Below are positions 36,345 through 49,600 of a DNA stretch of 64,000 nt, piece after piece. Under the pieces are notes generated by a model, which did not search any database, was not told where the DNA came from, and worked only from the letters and a program-made list of their open reading frames with translations. The translations under genes and the position numbers were made by a program. Position 1 is the first letter of the stretch, and each line of letters opens with the position of its first letter. The stretch spans positions 21,266,001 through 21,330,000 of the forward strand of contig NW_025963779.1 in NCBI RefSeq assembly GCF_023055435.1, given 5' to 3'. Origin of the DNA: Haliotis rufescens. Taxonomy: Eukaryota.

Positions 36345-37691
36345 AGTTTAAATGTTCAAAGTTTTAACAGACCTTCTCGTGCAGGACTTGTCAGACGTGC
36401 TCGTTCACACTCTTACGACGAATGCCGGAGTTTGAGATTCAGGAAGTGAGACTCGGGTACAGTACTTGTTCACAGGTGTGTGGCTTGTTTCCATCTGTTG
36501 CTCCAGTGGGGAGCGTTGTCTTTATGTAGAGCATGGTGACGCATGGTGACGCATGGTGACGCATGGCTCCAGCAGAGATGACTGGCTGTGAACCTCTGCC
36601 TTGGTAGCCCCTTGATGGCTTTTTTTACTTACTTTCTCAGTGGGAGATGTTATTCACTTCGACAGGAAAGGTTGCCTTTGCAATTCAGATTTTGCAAGTT
36701 AATCTGCAATTTCCATGCATGTCGTTCAACATAAGCTGGAATGCACACTATATCACATGTAATATACTTTCAGTTCAGATTTGTGCCATGCTTCAATATT
36801 TCGTTCACAATGTCGTTTTTTTCATCCGTTGGTACCATATTCAATTACTTTAACAGCCGCATTGAGTCAGTACAGGTTACTGGGTCAGAAATGTACCCTA
36901 GTCAAAATTAGAAAACGTACCTGGTACCCTAAACGGCGGACGAGTCCATATTCCTCAACCCGAAACCGAAACCGGTTCATGTTGTAGTTCCGGTTCGCCT
37001 GCTTACGAGTGCGTGCGTGCGTGCTACATCTACACGATCTCTTGCCAACAGCTCCCTACCCTTGCGTGGCAGTATGCCTCATCAAAGACATTCAACTTCA
37101 TAAGATAATCTAAAAGTTCCCCCTGTCGAACACGTACTGCCTTGTTGAATTTAAACGCGGTTTGGCATACAGGAAGTGACGAATACCTACAGAACCGGTT
37201 ACGCGCATTGCACCCTGCGGCCCTGCGGCGGTATGGACTCCTCATAGAGTACGTTTCTGTATTTTGATTTTGGCAAGGGTACATTTCTGTATACAGAAAC
37301 GTACCTGGGGTAATCTGCATTCTGTAGTACCTGTGCCGACAACGACAACGATTCAGCAGTCTGGCCGAATCCTTTGAAGCATCAGTAAACACGTGGGTGA
37401 AGGTGGCATTAGGCTCAGACAGAAACTCACGAGGAACAACTTTTTAATTTCGACACATTGTTTTGTTGAATATTGAATTAAGACCAGTCCAGGTTTCAGA
37501 AGATGCTAAGGAGCAGTATCTGGGGGAGAAGAATCAACTTGGTTGAGCCAAGTTTGACCTATGCAACTATACATGCTGTGAATCAAGTTTCTTAACACAC
37601 AGACTAAAAGAGACTTTGTCATGTGATATATTACAAATGCCATATTAGACACAAGCTGTATTATGTTTGTTAAGTTTGAGAGCTGAAACTA

Positions 37692-39850
37692 TCTTGTAGC
37701 GTCAGGTCACTATAGGCGACCACATGACAATCTTTAATGACAGCAGATTTCTCTGGTAGCGTCAGGTCACTATAGACGAGCAAATGACAATCTTTAATGA
37801 CAGAGGGCTGCGATTGTAGCGTCAGACCACTATAGACGAGCACATGACAATCGTTAATGACAGCCGATTTCTCTTGTAGCGTCAGGCTACTATAGACGAG
37901 CACATGACAATCTTTAATGACAGCAGATTTCTCTTGTAGCGTCAGGCTACTATAGACGAGCACATGACAATCTTTAATGACAGCCGATTTCTCTTGTAGC
38001 GTCAGGCCACTATAGACGAGCACATGACAATCTTTAATGACAGCTGATTTCTCTTGTAGCGGCAGGCCACTATAGGCGAGCACATGACAATCTTTAATGA
38101 CAGAGGGCTGCGATTGTAGCGTCAGGCCACTATAGTCGAGCACATGACAATCGTTAATGACATCAGATTTCTCTTGTAGCGTCAGGTCACTATAGACAAG
38201 CACATGACAATCTTTAATGACAGAGGGCTGCGATTGTAGCGGCAGGCCACTATAGGCGAGCACATGACAATCTTTAATGACAGCAGATTTCTCTTGTAGC
38301 GTCAGGTCACTATAGACAAGCACATGACAATCTTTAATGACAGAGGGCTGCGATTGTAGCCTCAGGCCACTATAGTCGAGCACATGACAATCGTTAATGA
38401 CAGCCGATTTCTCTTGTAGCGCCAGGCCACTATAGACGAGCAAATGACAATCTTTAATGACAGCAGATTTCTCTTGTGGCGTCAGGGCCACTAAAGACGA
38501 GCATATGACAATTGTTAATGACAGCAGATTTCTCTTGTAGCGTCAGGCCACTATAGACGAGCAAATGACAATCTTTAATGACAGCCGATTTCTCTTGTGG
38601 CGTCAGGGCCACTATAGACGAGCAAATGACAATCTTTAATAACAGCAGATTTCTCTTGTAGCGTCAGGCCACTATAGACGAGCAAATGACAATCTTTAAT
38701 GACAGCAGATTTCTCTTGAGGCGTCAGGGCCACTAAAGACGAGCATATGACAATTGTTAATGACAGCAGATTTCTCTTGTAGCGTCAGGCCACTATAGAC
38801 GAGCACATGACAATCTTTAATGACAGCAGATTTCTCTTGTGGCGTCAGGGCCACTATAGACGAGCAAATGACAATCTTTAATAACAGCAGATTTCTCTTG
38901 TAGCGTCAGGCCACTATAGACGAGCAAATGACAATCTTTAATGACAGCAGATTTCTCTTGTGGCGTCAGGGCCACTAAAGACGAGCATATGACAATTGTT
39001 AATGACAGCAGATTTCTCTTGTAGCGTCAGACCACTATAGACGAGCATATGACAATTGTTAATGACAGCAGATTTCTCTTGTAGCGTCAGGCCACTATAG
39101 ACGAGCACATGACAATCTTTAATGACAGCCGATTTCTCTTGTGGCGTCAGGCTACTATAGACGAGCACATGACAATCTTTAATGACAGCAGATTTCTCTT
39201 GTAGCGTCAGGCCACTATAGACGAGCACATGACAATCTTTAATAACAGCAGATTTCTCTTGTAGCGGCAGGCCACTATAGACGAGCAAATGACAATCTTT
39301 AATGACAGCAGATTTCTCTTGTGGCGTCAGGGCCACTATAGACGAGCAAATGACAATCTTTAATAACAGCAGATTTCTCTTGTAGCGGCAGGCCACTATA
39401 GACGAGCACATGACAATCTTTAATGACAGCCGATTTCTCTTGTGGCGTCAGGGCCACTAAAGACGAGCATATGACAATTGTTAATGACAGCAGATTTCTC
39501 TTGTAGCGTCAGGCCACGATAGACGAGCACATGACAATCTTTAATGACAGCAGATTTCTCTTGTAGCGTCAGGCCACTATAGACGAGCACATGACAATCT
39601 TTAATAACAGCAGATTTCTCTTGTAGCGTCAGGCCACTATAGACGAGCATATGACAATTGTTAATGACAGCCGATTTCTCTTGTAGCGTCAGGCCACTAT
39701 AGACGAGCAAATGACAATCTTTAATGACAGCAGATTTCTCTTGTGGCGTCAGGCCACTATAGACGAGCACATGACAATCTTTAATGACAGCAGATTTCTC
39801 TTGTGGCGTCAGGCCACTATAGACGAGTACTGGACAATATTTAATGACAT
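37692..39850. repeat. 60/61-bp minisatellite, ~36 copies
   Basis: Tandem periodicity; the 61-bp variants break the repeat ORFs. Confidence 0.97.
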
Positions 39851-40151
39851 TACAGTTATTGATGACATCGGACCGCTCTTAATGTTGTATTCGAACTTTT
39901 CACTGAATGTATGGTGTTGTCTTCGAGCTGTGCACTTTGTGTATTGTGTTGTTGCATTCGAAATATGATTTGTATAGAGACACAACGAAGGCGCTATATA
40001 AAGTGTTATGTTTAACACCGATACGTCATCATTCATGATTGACAACATTAACCATTTTCCTTTGGGTAAAATTAAAGAGAAAATGTGTTAATGATAACAG
40101 TATACGGGAAACTGTTTGTTGTTTCAGTACCCTTGCCGGCAGTAAGCACAT

Positions 40152-40403
40152 ATCCGGGGTAGAATAGGCCTTCAGACTGTGCTTATCGCAAGAGGCGACT
40201 AACGGGATCGGTTGGTCAGGCTCACTGACTTGGTTGATGTATGTCATCGTACCCCAGTTGCGTGGATCGATGATCATGATGTCAATCACTGGATTGTCTG
40301 GTCCAGACTTTGATTATTTACAGACCGCCGTCATGTAGCTGGAATTCTGCTGAGTGCGGCGTTAAACAACAACAAACAAACAAACAAACAAACAAACAAA
40401 CAA
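40152..40403 (+). mobile_element. SINE family B copy with (AAAC)n tail and 11-bp TSD
   Basis: TSD AGTAAGCACAT at 40141-40151 and 40405-40415. Confidence 0.9.
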
Positions 40404-41482
40404 AAGTAAGCACATGACATAGCGGGGCTGGTTAGAGATCAAAGTGACTTTAGAAGATACATATCGCACTGATTTATTAACGCACACAACCTACATAATG
40501 GGTAGTGTCCCGTGAAGAAAGCCGCTTACCTATGCATGCGGTGCACACAGAAATAGTCCTTTGATAAATTGAATGGGCGAGAGTGAAATCCACCGTAACT
40601 ACTTGCCGACAATAAAATATTCATTCGAGACGTTCTGTACTGTGTTTAACAATAAATCGGGATTAGGCTATGGACGTCAATGGTTTAGAAGGAGATACTT
40701 TTGTGAAACTCACAACCCCCCTCCCGATATGAATATTCATGCCCTCGCGTCCTTAGTTACCGCCCAACCGGCCTGGCTGCTCGTGAGACCTCGTGAGAGC
40801 GACACAAGATCGGCTTGTTTGTTGTTGTCTGCGTTCTGTAAAGCCACTGAGACAAAACGCACACCAACCTTCTCAGTAACGACTGTCCTACACCGAAACC
40901 TGGTAACGCTGATTGGACTTACCTGTCAGGTATGTGAACGCCACATGTGTGTTTCAAACATCATGAGAAAATAACTGACATGTGTTTTAGGGAGGTAACT
41001 GACAGGTGAGGAGACTATTCGTTACTCATTAGCTTACTTAACGCTGATATCACGACCGGGCCAGAGTGTCTGTCTTCGCTCTCTGGTGTACACATGTGAT
41101 CGGGTGGTCACATTCCTTCACTCTTTAACTGTAAGCACCAAATCGATGTCAAGCTAAGGGGATCACTCCTTTGCTGGTAAGTAAACTATCGATCGGTCAT
41201 TGATATATCTCGGATGTTTTATTCAACAAGAAACCTAAGAGTGTCTGTATACACATATATGTATAGTATTTGCCTTAAGATATGAACACATATTACACAT
41301 GTATGTACCCAGCGTTGAGTGTTACGTCTTTGAGCGTTTTTTCCCCAAACGAATTGTCTTATGCTAGTTCTCTGCAGATTTAACGCTTTAAAACACGAAC
41401 ACACATTGTACGTGTATGTACCGTGCATTACTGGTTACCGCTGCTCAACTTTATCTTTATCGTCCAATTTACGGGGGGACAC

Positions 41483-41746
41483 GGGGGCACGGGTGGCCCA
41501 GTCGTCTAAGGCGCCGCGATTCGCTGTGCAGAGTTGCGTCCCTTGGGCACGCCAGAAACCTATGATTGTTGGTTCGAATCCCGGTTCGCCCCGATTATGT
41601 TTCTAGGTTTGTCAGCACCATACCCGTGCTCGTGGGTTTCACCGAAGTGGTAAACGTCTGAGACCTGCATCACTCCGGGCTTTCCTCACACATTAAGCTG
41701 ACACGTCGTGATATAACTGGAGTACTGTTAACTCACTCACTCACTC
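41483..41746 (+). mobile_element. SINE with a tRNA-Leu-like head (fourth family); partial second head at ~41747-41797
   Basis: GTGGCCCAGTCGTCTAAGGCGC A box, GGTTCGAATCCC B box, unrelated body, (ACTC)n tail. Confidence 0.65.
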
Positions 41747-42364
41747 GGTGGACATGGGTGGCCGGCCGGCCGTCTAAGGCGCCGGCAATTCACTGTGACC
41801 CGTGAAGATCCGGGGTAGAATAGGTCTTCGGCAACCCATGCTTGCCGTAAAGGCGAAGTCATGCTTGTCGTAAGAGGGATCGGGTGGTCAGGCTCGTTGA
41901 CCTGGTTAAAAATTGATGCATGTCATCGTATCCCAATTGTGTATCGAGGCTCATGATGTCAATCACTGGATTGTCTGGTCCAGAGTCGATTATTTATTGA
42001 CCATTTTAAGCAGTAGATGTGTTACCCTCGTTATCGGTTCTTATCATAGTGGGGTTATTTTCCCTGCTCCGCTCTAATGACGACCGAGTGAACCGTGACG
42101 TGATCAGTCAAGCATATCGTACGAAAAAAAAAAATCCACCCGCTCATGCATGTACAGAGAAACACTGAACCTGGGCCTGGCTGTGGTATGTCGACATAGA
42201 AAACAAATAGCATAGTGCTATAGTCTAGAGTGATGTTAGATCATAGCTGTGACGTAACCGGGAAACGATGTGTGTGTGCCTTGCTACTACAAACACAGAC
42301 CGGTCAGTATGAGTCAACATCAAGTTATGGACGAGTCTTTAAATGCCTACCTACCTACCTACCT

Positions 42365-42506
42365 NNNNNNNNNNNNNNNNNNNNNNNNNNNNNNNNNNNN
42401 NNNNNNNNNNNNNNNNNNNNNNNNNNNNNNNNNNNNNNNNNNNNNNNNNNNNNNNNNNNNNNNNNNNNNNNNNNNNNNNNNNNNNNNNNNNNNNNNNNNN
42501 NNNNNN
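42365..42506. other. assembly gap (142 N) following a (CCTA)n microsatellite
   Basis: N run. Confidence 1.
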
Positions 42507-43199
42507 CCACAATCATGGTGCAGGACTACGAAGATCCATGTACACCATACAAAACCCAGTCGCCCTTTTAGTATCCTCTGGTTAAACCGTTTATTGGTCA
42601 TGCCGAAGGTCTGGGTTATATTCCCAGGTTCGAATATTGCTTCCTCACTCACTTTAATCGCCTGCTTCCCCAACAATGAGCATCCCAAGCAGATAAGACT
42701 CCACCCGAGTGAAATTCGAACGTAAGCGTTATGCAACCATATATCGGCCAACTGCGCCCCTGTCCGAAACGGCAAAGATTTGGCTACGAAAGTTTCAACG
42801 GGAATGGCCGATCGTGTACAGAATGCACCCCTATCTCCCCAGAACGCCATCTCCGAGGCCTCGGGACCAACGTAACCGATACTTAGGTCACGACGTGTCA
42901 GACAAAGGTCATACATGTTACGTACGCTCCCAATAGGGCATTAAGCCAGAAACTGCCTACTTGGCAACTCTCACGTAGTTAGGCATGTGTAAATAATCCT
43001 ATTTATGACGCGCGATAAGCTCAACGCTCTTGTAATCTCTGCTTTAATATATCCCTAACAATAGCGAGCTCCGTAACAACATCCCACCTTATAAGTATAC
43101 CTTTCATAGATATATCATCGAATGGGCTAGAAGCATATTTTCTTTGTTGATACTTGTTTGACGTATATGATTAGCCATTGTGTATACATAGGGTGTTAC

Positions 43200-43328
43200 T
43201 ATACTAGTCAAAAGAAGTTTAAGAACATCCGATTCTTTCATGTTGCTAATCGGTCATGCCACGACATATTAACTGTTGTAATATGAAAGAATCGGGTGTT
43301 TTTAACTTCCTTTAAGTAGAATAGTATA
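43200..43328. mobile_element. palindromic TA-flanked MITE (Tc1/mariner-like), diverged copy
   Basis: Same family as 61704-61835; half copy at ~25814-25870. Confidence 0.7.
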
Positions 43329-45129
43329 TATTAACATGGTCTGTTGTGGGAACGCAGGCAAAGCTTTGACCCCCGGCCCTGTTCTGGACACGCCCCTTTT
43401 GCAATATGCACTGTGTGGCAAATCTCGAACGCGATATCGATATATTTCTCAACATAATCTTACTATGTCTTTAAATGTGTTCAATCATACTGTATAATAG
43501 TGTAAGTTCCGATGTGTTTTCAACAGCATCTGGAATATGTACAATATATGGGGGAAATATGCGTGAATCATTACGCAACGATTTGAAATAAATCGTTTAG
43601 CTATGCCCGCTGCGCTTAGACGGAACCCAGTCGCAAATGTCCACGAGAGGGGCACGAGTCGCTGTTCGGCTTGTCCCGGAATAACACGAGTTGGTCACGA
43701 ATGGTACTTGTGATTGAATCCCGTGGCTGGATCTACGCAAGTCACCGCTTGGTATGTATGACACATCCACGTATTAAAATGATTTACTATGATTCGTGGT
43801 GCAAAGCCTATACGTCACCATAGAGATCTCTGTGATGTTTGTCTCCCGGAGGGAACGGACCAGGATATGCCCCCTGCTCTCAGCGTTTGTCCGGGAAGTC
43901 GACTATTGAGGATCAGGTAGTCATACGATGCCATCATGCCCCGGCGAATTGGCTTGATGCTCATGTTGTCACTCACTGGCTTGTCTGATCAAGGTTCGAT
44001 TATATTCTGGATGCAGTGATATTGTAAGCTTGTAGACACCGGCGTAAAGCAGTATCAACTCGCGCGACGTTAATAGTACCATTTTTAAGATGGCGCTAAT
44101 TGCGATATGAATTATTTGTATCACAACAATTACGCGCGGTTGAAAAGACTCTACCAATGTTATCGGAGACCACGCACCGCCATATATTATTCAATATCTC
44201 ATCTAGTTTTCTATAACCTTTATGAATAATATGCGTCGCCGAAAGAAATCCATTGAATCTCTGTATATCATTGACAGGCCATTGAATGAACACGAGTGAC
44301 TGAGTAGAGTTTTACGCCGCTTTCGGCAATTCTCAGGCAAAATGACCATGATCATGGAATTCATACATTGTACCATGTGGGGAATCGAACCCGGGCTTTC
44401 AACGTTACAAGCGAGCACTTTAGCCACTAGCCTACTCTGCGACCACATAAATACGAAGGATCCGACATTCTTTAAGTAGAGACAAAAACAAAGGTGACTG
44501 AACCACAACAGACTAGTGAACTCAGATCTCGCGGTCGCTGATAACATTATTAAGATTTAATGTCGAATAATGTTAGTACTTATTTCAGTAGACCTGTAAA
44601 CCAGTTACTTGGCAATATTAAGGTACTGGTGTATATTGACCGCGGCGGCATGGTTAATCCCAGCTTGTGGTAGTGCTAGGTGAGTCAGGTATTGTTTAAT
44701 CTTCATATGTACATTCAATACGGGAGCTCCCGGCTCACATTGTGCACCTGAGCACGTTTGTGCAGGTGAGATCAAAGTGGTGATTACAGGTATCGATTTT
44801 TATCTGTTGACAGGAGTATCCGTAGTCGGGACCAGGAAGGTAGGAGGCCAGTAATCCAGCAGACGACACGCCGGCAGACGACAGTTCCCTAGCGAGTTCA
44901 GCAGGGCTGAAACAGTAGAGACAAGTTGACACTGGACAGTTAATGTGATTTCATTCGGAGCCATTTGATCTCGGTGTACACGGTTTTTCTCAGGTGTCAC
45001 GAACTTCCAAATATGGTTCATTCATACCATAAAAGTACTAGCCTTTGATTTGTGTCTGCTCAATAATGAAATGTGATTCGTCCTGGAAACAGCGTATCTA
45101 AAAGACAGACTGATCCCGGCTTCTCTAAC

Positions 45130-46122
45130 ATGGCTTCTGCACATTTGGGCCCTGAGAGTCCACGCCCTCTGGCGGTAATTTCAGAGAGTTATCAGAACCG
45201 CTTCAAAATCCCCGCTATGGAAGAATATGATGAATTCAGCTTCGGTGAGGACTACGAGGAAAAGATGTACAAACTCATACACAAATACCTCGAACTGGAC
45301 ACAACAGACAAGCTTTGCTATGTCGGGGATAACAAGGGAAATATGGCCCTCCTTCTGCAGGAGAAGTTCGTCATTCTTGAACCTGTAACAACCGTGCTTC
45401 CGGGTACCTTCCATTACGCCGAGACGGAAAGTCATAAATTAGTCCCTATACGCATCGCTCACGTAGGCGCGGAGGAATATTTCCGGAGCCTCGCTGAACA
45501 AAATATTAAGGGTCCAAAGACTCTGTTTACAAAAGTGATTTTAGCAGACGTTGTGCGTTATTTCACAATCCCTCACCACGTGTATGAAAATATATTGAAG
45601 TGTCTGGCGCCAGGAGGAAAGATTTTGATCACCCATCGTGCAGGGAGCTTGAGTACTCTCCCTTACTTCAAGGACGCTTTGGACAGACTTCAAGACAACG
45701 AGACCCCCTACATGACTATTATCAAGACCCTGCAGTCGTGTAATCTCGACGTGGAATGGGAGCTAGAATGTCTGCCAATCATCATGCCAAAGAAGAAATG
45801 GTTCGCCATGATCAGAGAGAGGTTTCCACCGCAGATGGATCAACTCAGCGACTACGAGATCATGTCAGGAGTCCGGGAATTGTCAGAGGGCATCATGAAG
45901 TACCCTGGTGATGTTGTGGAGTTCACGGATCGACTGCTGTTCATCACGGCGTGTAGAACGGAACACACATCGTGTATACCTTCTATTCAAAGGCACGGTG
46001 TCTGCGATAGTCTTCCCCCGCCATCTTCCACCGACCTCAAACTGTCCATGACCTTGACCCCTGAAGTTAGGAAGTACATGAAACAAGACAAACGAGAAAA
46101 GAAAATGTTCAATTGGAGTTGA
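45130..46122 (+). CDS. class I SAM-dependent methyltransferase-fold protein with degenerate motif I, 330 aa, single coding exon
   Basis: Long non-repetitive ORF, AACATGG start, acceptor TTTTTCTCAG at ~44993. LELDTTDKLCYVGDNKG (motif I-like), GAEEYF, FTKVILADVVRYF and YENILKCLAPGGKILI (motifs II/III-like). Confidence 0.82.
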   Translation: MASAHLGPESPRPLAVISESYQNRFKIPAMEEYDEFSFGEDYEEKMYKLIHKYLELDTTDKLCYVGDNKGNMALLLQEKFVILEPVTTVLPGTFHYAETESHKLVPIRIAHVGAEEYFRSLAEQNIKGPKTLFTKVILADVVRYFTIPHHVYENILKCLAPGGKILITHRAGSLSTLPYFKDALDRLQDNETPYMTIIKTLQSCNLDVEWELECLPIIMPKKKWFAMIRERFPPQMDQLSDYEIMSGVRELSEGIMKYPGDVVEFTDRLLFITACRTEHTSCIPSIQRHGVCDSLPPPSSTDLKLSMTLTPEVRKYMKQDKREKKMFNWS

Positions 46123-46630
46123 AATTGGCAAGTAAAAGAGTCATGTACTGTATACGATGGGATAGATCACAGTTCACATGGATATATCCCCCGCTAGGAA
46201 CATCTGCGCACGTGTGTGTAGCGGGAGAGATGCCTCTTGTGTGGCCAATCACTGATTATGCCCTGATAGGTGTGACAACACCCTGGCTGTCGTGAGTTAT
46301 GTGATGCCCTCCCACGTAGAGGCCACCAGAATGTCAAAAGGATCGTGGCTTCTACTGCAAAATGTGATGTAGAGTTGAAAGGTCGTTACAGTTAAGATCG
46401 CTTTTCTTCATGTCATGGATTATTCTAGATAGTTATTTCTTTATAATACATACACAACGTTTCAGGGCAACTTCTCATCCATCTGTTCTTTTCTTAAATT
46501 ACTTGCTTAAAGGGTTTTGTTTTCAAAGACAAGGTCGGTCGAAATAAAATATATAGAACTTACTAAAATTTAGAATATCCGTAAGGTGAAACAATACAAA
46601 AATAGGTCAAAGGGTCACGACATTCCTTAA

Positions 46631-46654
46631 TATTATTATTATTATTATTATTAC

Positions 46655-46694
<40 letters not shown>

Positions 46695-46695
46695 T
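46631..46695. repeat. (ATT)n microsatellite
   Basis: Directly visible. Confidence 0.95.
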
Positions 46696-49600
46696 TTATT
46701 TTTATTAATATTATAGCGATTATACACATGTGGAAACAGCGATAGAAAGCTATATGAGGGCATCTGTCGAACAGTTCCATACTAGAAGCCCGTGTTGTCA
46801 CATGCCAGTCTCGTGACAGGTTTGAGCGAGTATCATCTCTGAAATAGCTTTGGAAATACTGCCACATTTCCTTATGTAAGGGTTTCAACAGTGTTTATTC
46901 AGCGTTCAGTTCATGTAAATATTTAGGTACCATAGCCTGCTTAACATAAATCGATAGTAACTTTTCACTCCTTTTGATTTCAATAAGAACCAAAGTTAAA
47001 ATATCAGTCGATCAAAACTCTCTTTCATGATATCGGAATTCGATCAACATCAAGGCAGTCGTGTTTAAAACGGCGAATAATAACAACCCTAACAATATTG
47101 AGTATTCATAATAAGGAGCTATTATTACGCAAGATTATCGATAAACTCTGACTCTGTACACAACTCATGCGAAATGTTATTGTATTCTGTAACAAAGTAC
47201 TGCTATTGCTTTGTATTAAATCCAGAGCTGTGGACATTGTTGCGTGGCAGGATATCACAGACCCAGCTTGCTATTTGTAGCATCCGTGGCTACAGTGGGC
47301 CGATTACTGCCTTCAGATCTATAACTGGAGAGATAATGGACAATTATCCAAGAGCGCTTTGCATTGATTTTACCGTGGTCTTGCCACATTGAATAGTACG
47401 CTAATGTAGACCCGGTGTACTATATGTTGTGGTTATTTCTAAATGAAATAATGAAACTTTTATTTATTACACATGTATATAGGTTTCTCCGACTAATTCC
47501 CATAAAACTAGCTCCATTGTCTGGTATTCTTTACTATCATTTAGATAGTGTAGATGTTTGCCCTACCAGTGAAACCTGTCTCTGTGTAACCTAGGTAAAG
47601 ATTTAGTACTTGACTGCTATACATAATCAGATTTGAGGTGGTAGGGACAAGCGGTGGTAGACAAGCGGTGGTAGAAATTTCTAAATCAGTTTCCCTGAAA
47701 TTGAAGCGCCTGAAGTTAACTCGCTTGGATTATCAATGGTCGGAGCCTATAGAGAGTCCTGTTTTACGTGGTTCAAATAAATGGTAATCCAATTTAAGTA
47801 TTCACCCTGGTAAATCAGTCATTTGATGCTGTTATTGTTAAAATAATCATGTTTCTATTATTCTTGAAAATTAGTTTCGTTATTCGCAGTGATGGTGGTT
47901 TCGTTTTATCGATCAGTTCCTGCGTGAACAACTGTGTTTGCGAAGTCATCCGGAAGTACTCATGACGCGCCATTTGTAAAGCACTGATGTCCAATTAATC
48001 GAACAGCAGTCGTTCGAACTGAAGACGTTTGTTTATTTAGCCTGTGGGGATGAACTCGATCGATACGACCATTCACTGTGTATTGCTGATATAATATAGA
48101 TCTGTCAGGCTGGGAATGGCCTCGGAAGATTATGATCTATGGTTAAATAGGACACCCCACACAATGAAGGCTCTCATTATTCTTTTACACACGGCTATAT
48201 GAACCAGGATTGATTTAACCTGAGAACGATAGCTTCATGGTGTTCCTTTATAGAAATACAAATTGACGCAAGTACCAGCCAGTAATGATGTTATTTATCT
48301 GGTGTTATAAATGATGTGTTTTGTTCCCATGGTGACAGTTATTGTGTAATTAGACATATTTTCGAAAGGGTAGCATTGATCAAATTGTGTTGTTAACACT
48401 TCCTCCAGTAATTGTGAGCCCGTCACTCGTGGGTTCGATAACTGATGTAAAGACCCTTAGTGCCTTTTCTTTGCAAATTAATCTAGAAGACAGATGCCTA
48501 GGATCCCCTACTTAGTGTGAACGACAAACTGTTTCTAGATTGTAATTAAAAGTATATTGACAAGACCAAGTCTCATGTTCTCTGTTTGTATTTCCGAACG
48601 AGTTTCGTCTACATTTACACCTTTGGTGGTGACCACAAGAACTGACTACCTCTATGCAGTTGGCAACAACAGAATTATTATGAGAAGAAGACACAGTTTT
48701 ATTACAGTGTCATATATTACATACATCTTGTTATAAGATTACATCTTGTTAATTAATCAAGTATGTAATACCCGGCCATAAATGGTCTTAAAGACACAAT
48801 TATACATTAAACTATTTAAAAATATATTATTTGATAATTTTCTTTTACATATTAGACAACATAACAGTGAAACATTGTAGAAACATCCCATATGAGCGGA
48901 GTTTGTTTCTATTTTGTGTGTACGGTTTTCCCCGAGTTTTCTTCTTTCTGTATGTCTAGGCAGTTTCTGCACTGCAATCATAGTTGTATTATGGGGTGAT
49001 ACAGACTGAATGGTGTTTAGAAGGTGGTCCAGCTTAGTTTTACGCTTGTCCTCTCTTCTGTTCCTAGACTTTGCATGCCTCTTCGATTACCTGTGTATAA
49101 CGGAAGTGCGTGGCTGCTGGTGGAGATCTTGTAGTCTGCTCCAGTAATTAGGCATGTCCGGTCTCTGTTCCGTAAGAACTGACAGCCAGTCCATTTCTCC
49201 TCTTGTTGCGATATTTTGTTCTTCTTCACTCCAAGAAAGAAGCCACATGCCTTGTTTTGCAACACATTCATCTCCCACTGGTCCGACACTCCCCCGTTGC
49301 AGCTGCTGGTATTATTATATTTGTTTGTTTGTTTGTTGTTTAACGCCGCACCCAGCAATAGGTCTTAATTGCTTTCATGGGGCCTGTGACACATAGCCAC
49401 TGTAGAGATACGTGCGTCATAACTCATGCACTAAATGGGTGCGGTGCTGTAGGGTCTGTTGTCAACACAGGGGAGGTATAAACATGTTGTTGTTGTTTGT
49501 TGTTTAACGTCGCACTCAGCAATATTCCAGCTATGTGACGGCGGTCTGTAAATAATCGAGTCTGGACCAGGCAATCCAGTGATTGACATCATGAGCATCG

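Noticed and set aside
37670-39770. 20-aa repeat protein ORFs
   Set aside because: A 60-bp minisatellite with frequent 61-bp frameshifting units.
41483-41592. tRNA-Leu gene
   Set aside because: Poor cloverleaf, no T-run terminator, and it continues into a SINE body and tail; the same holds for the other tRNA-like heads.
42359-42936. ORFs spanning or adjoining the N gap
   Set aside because: Length inflated by Ns; no recognisable motifs.
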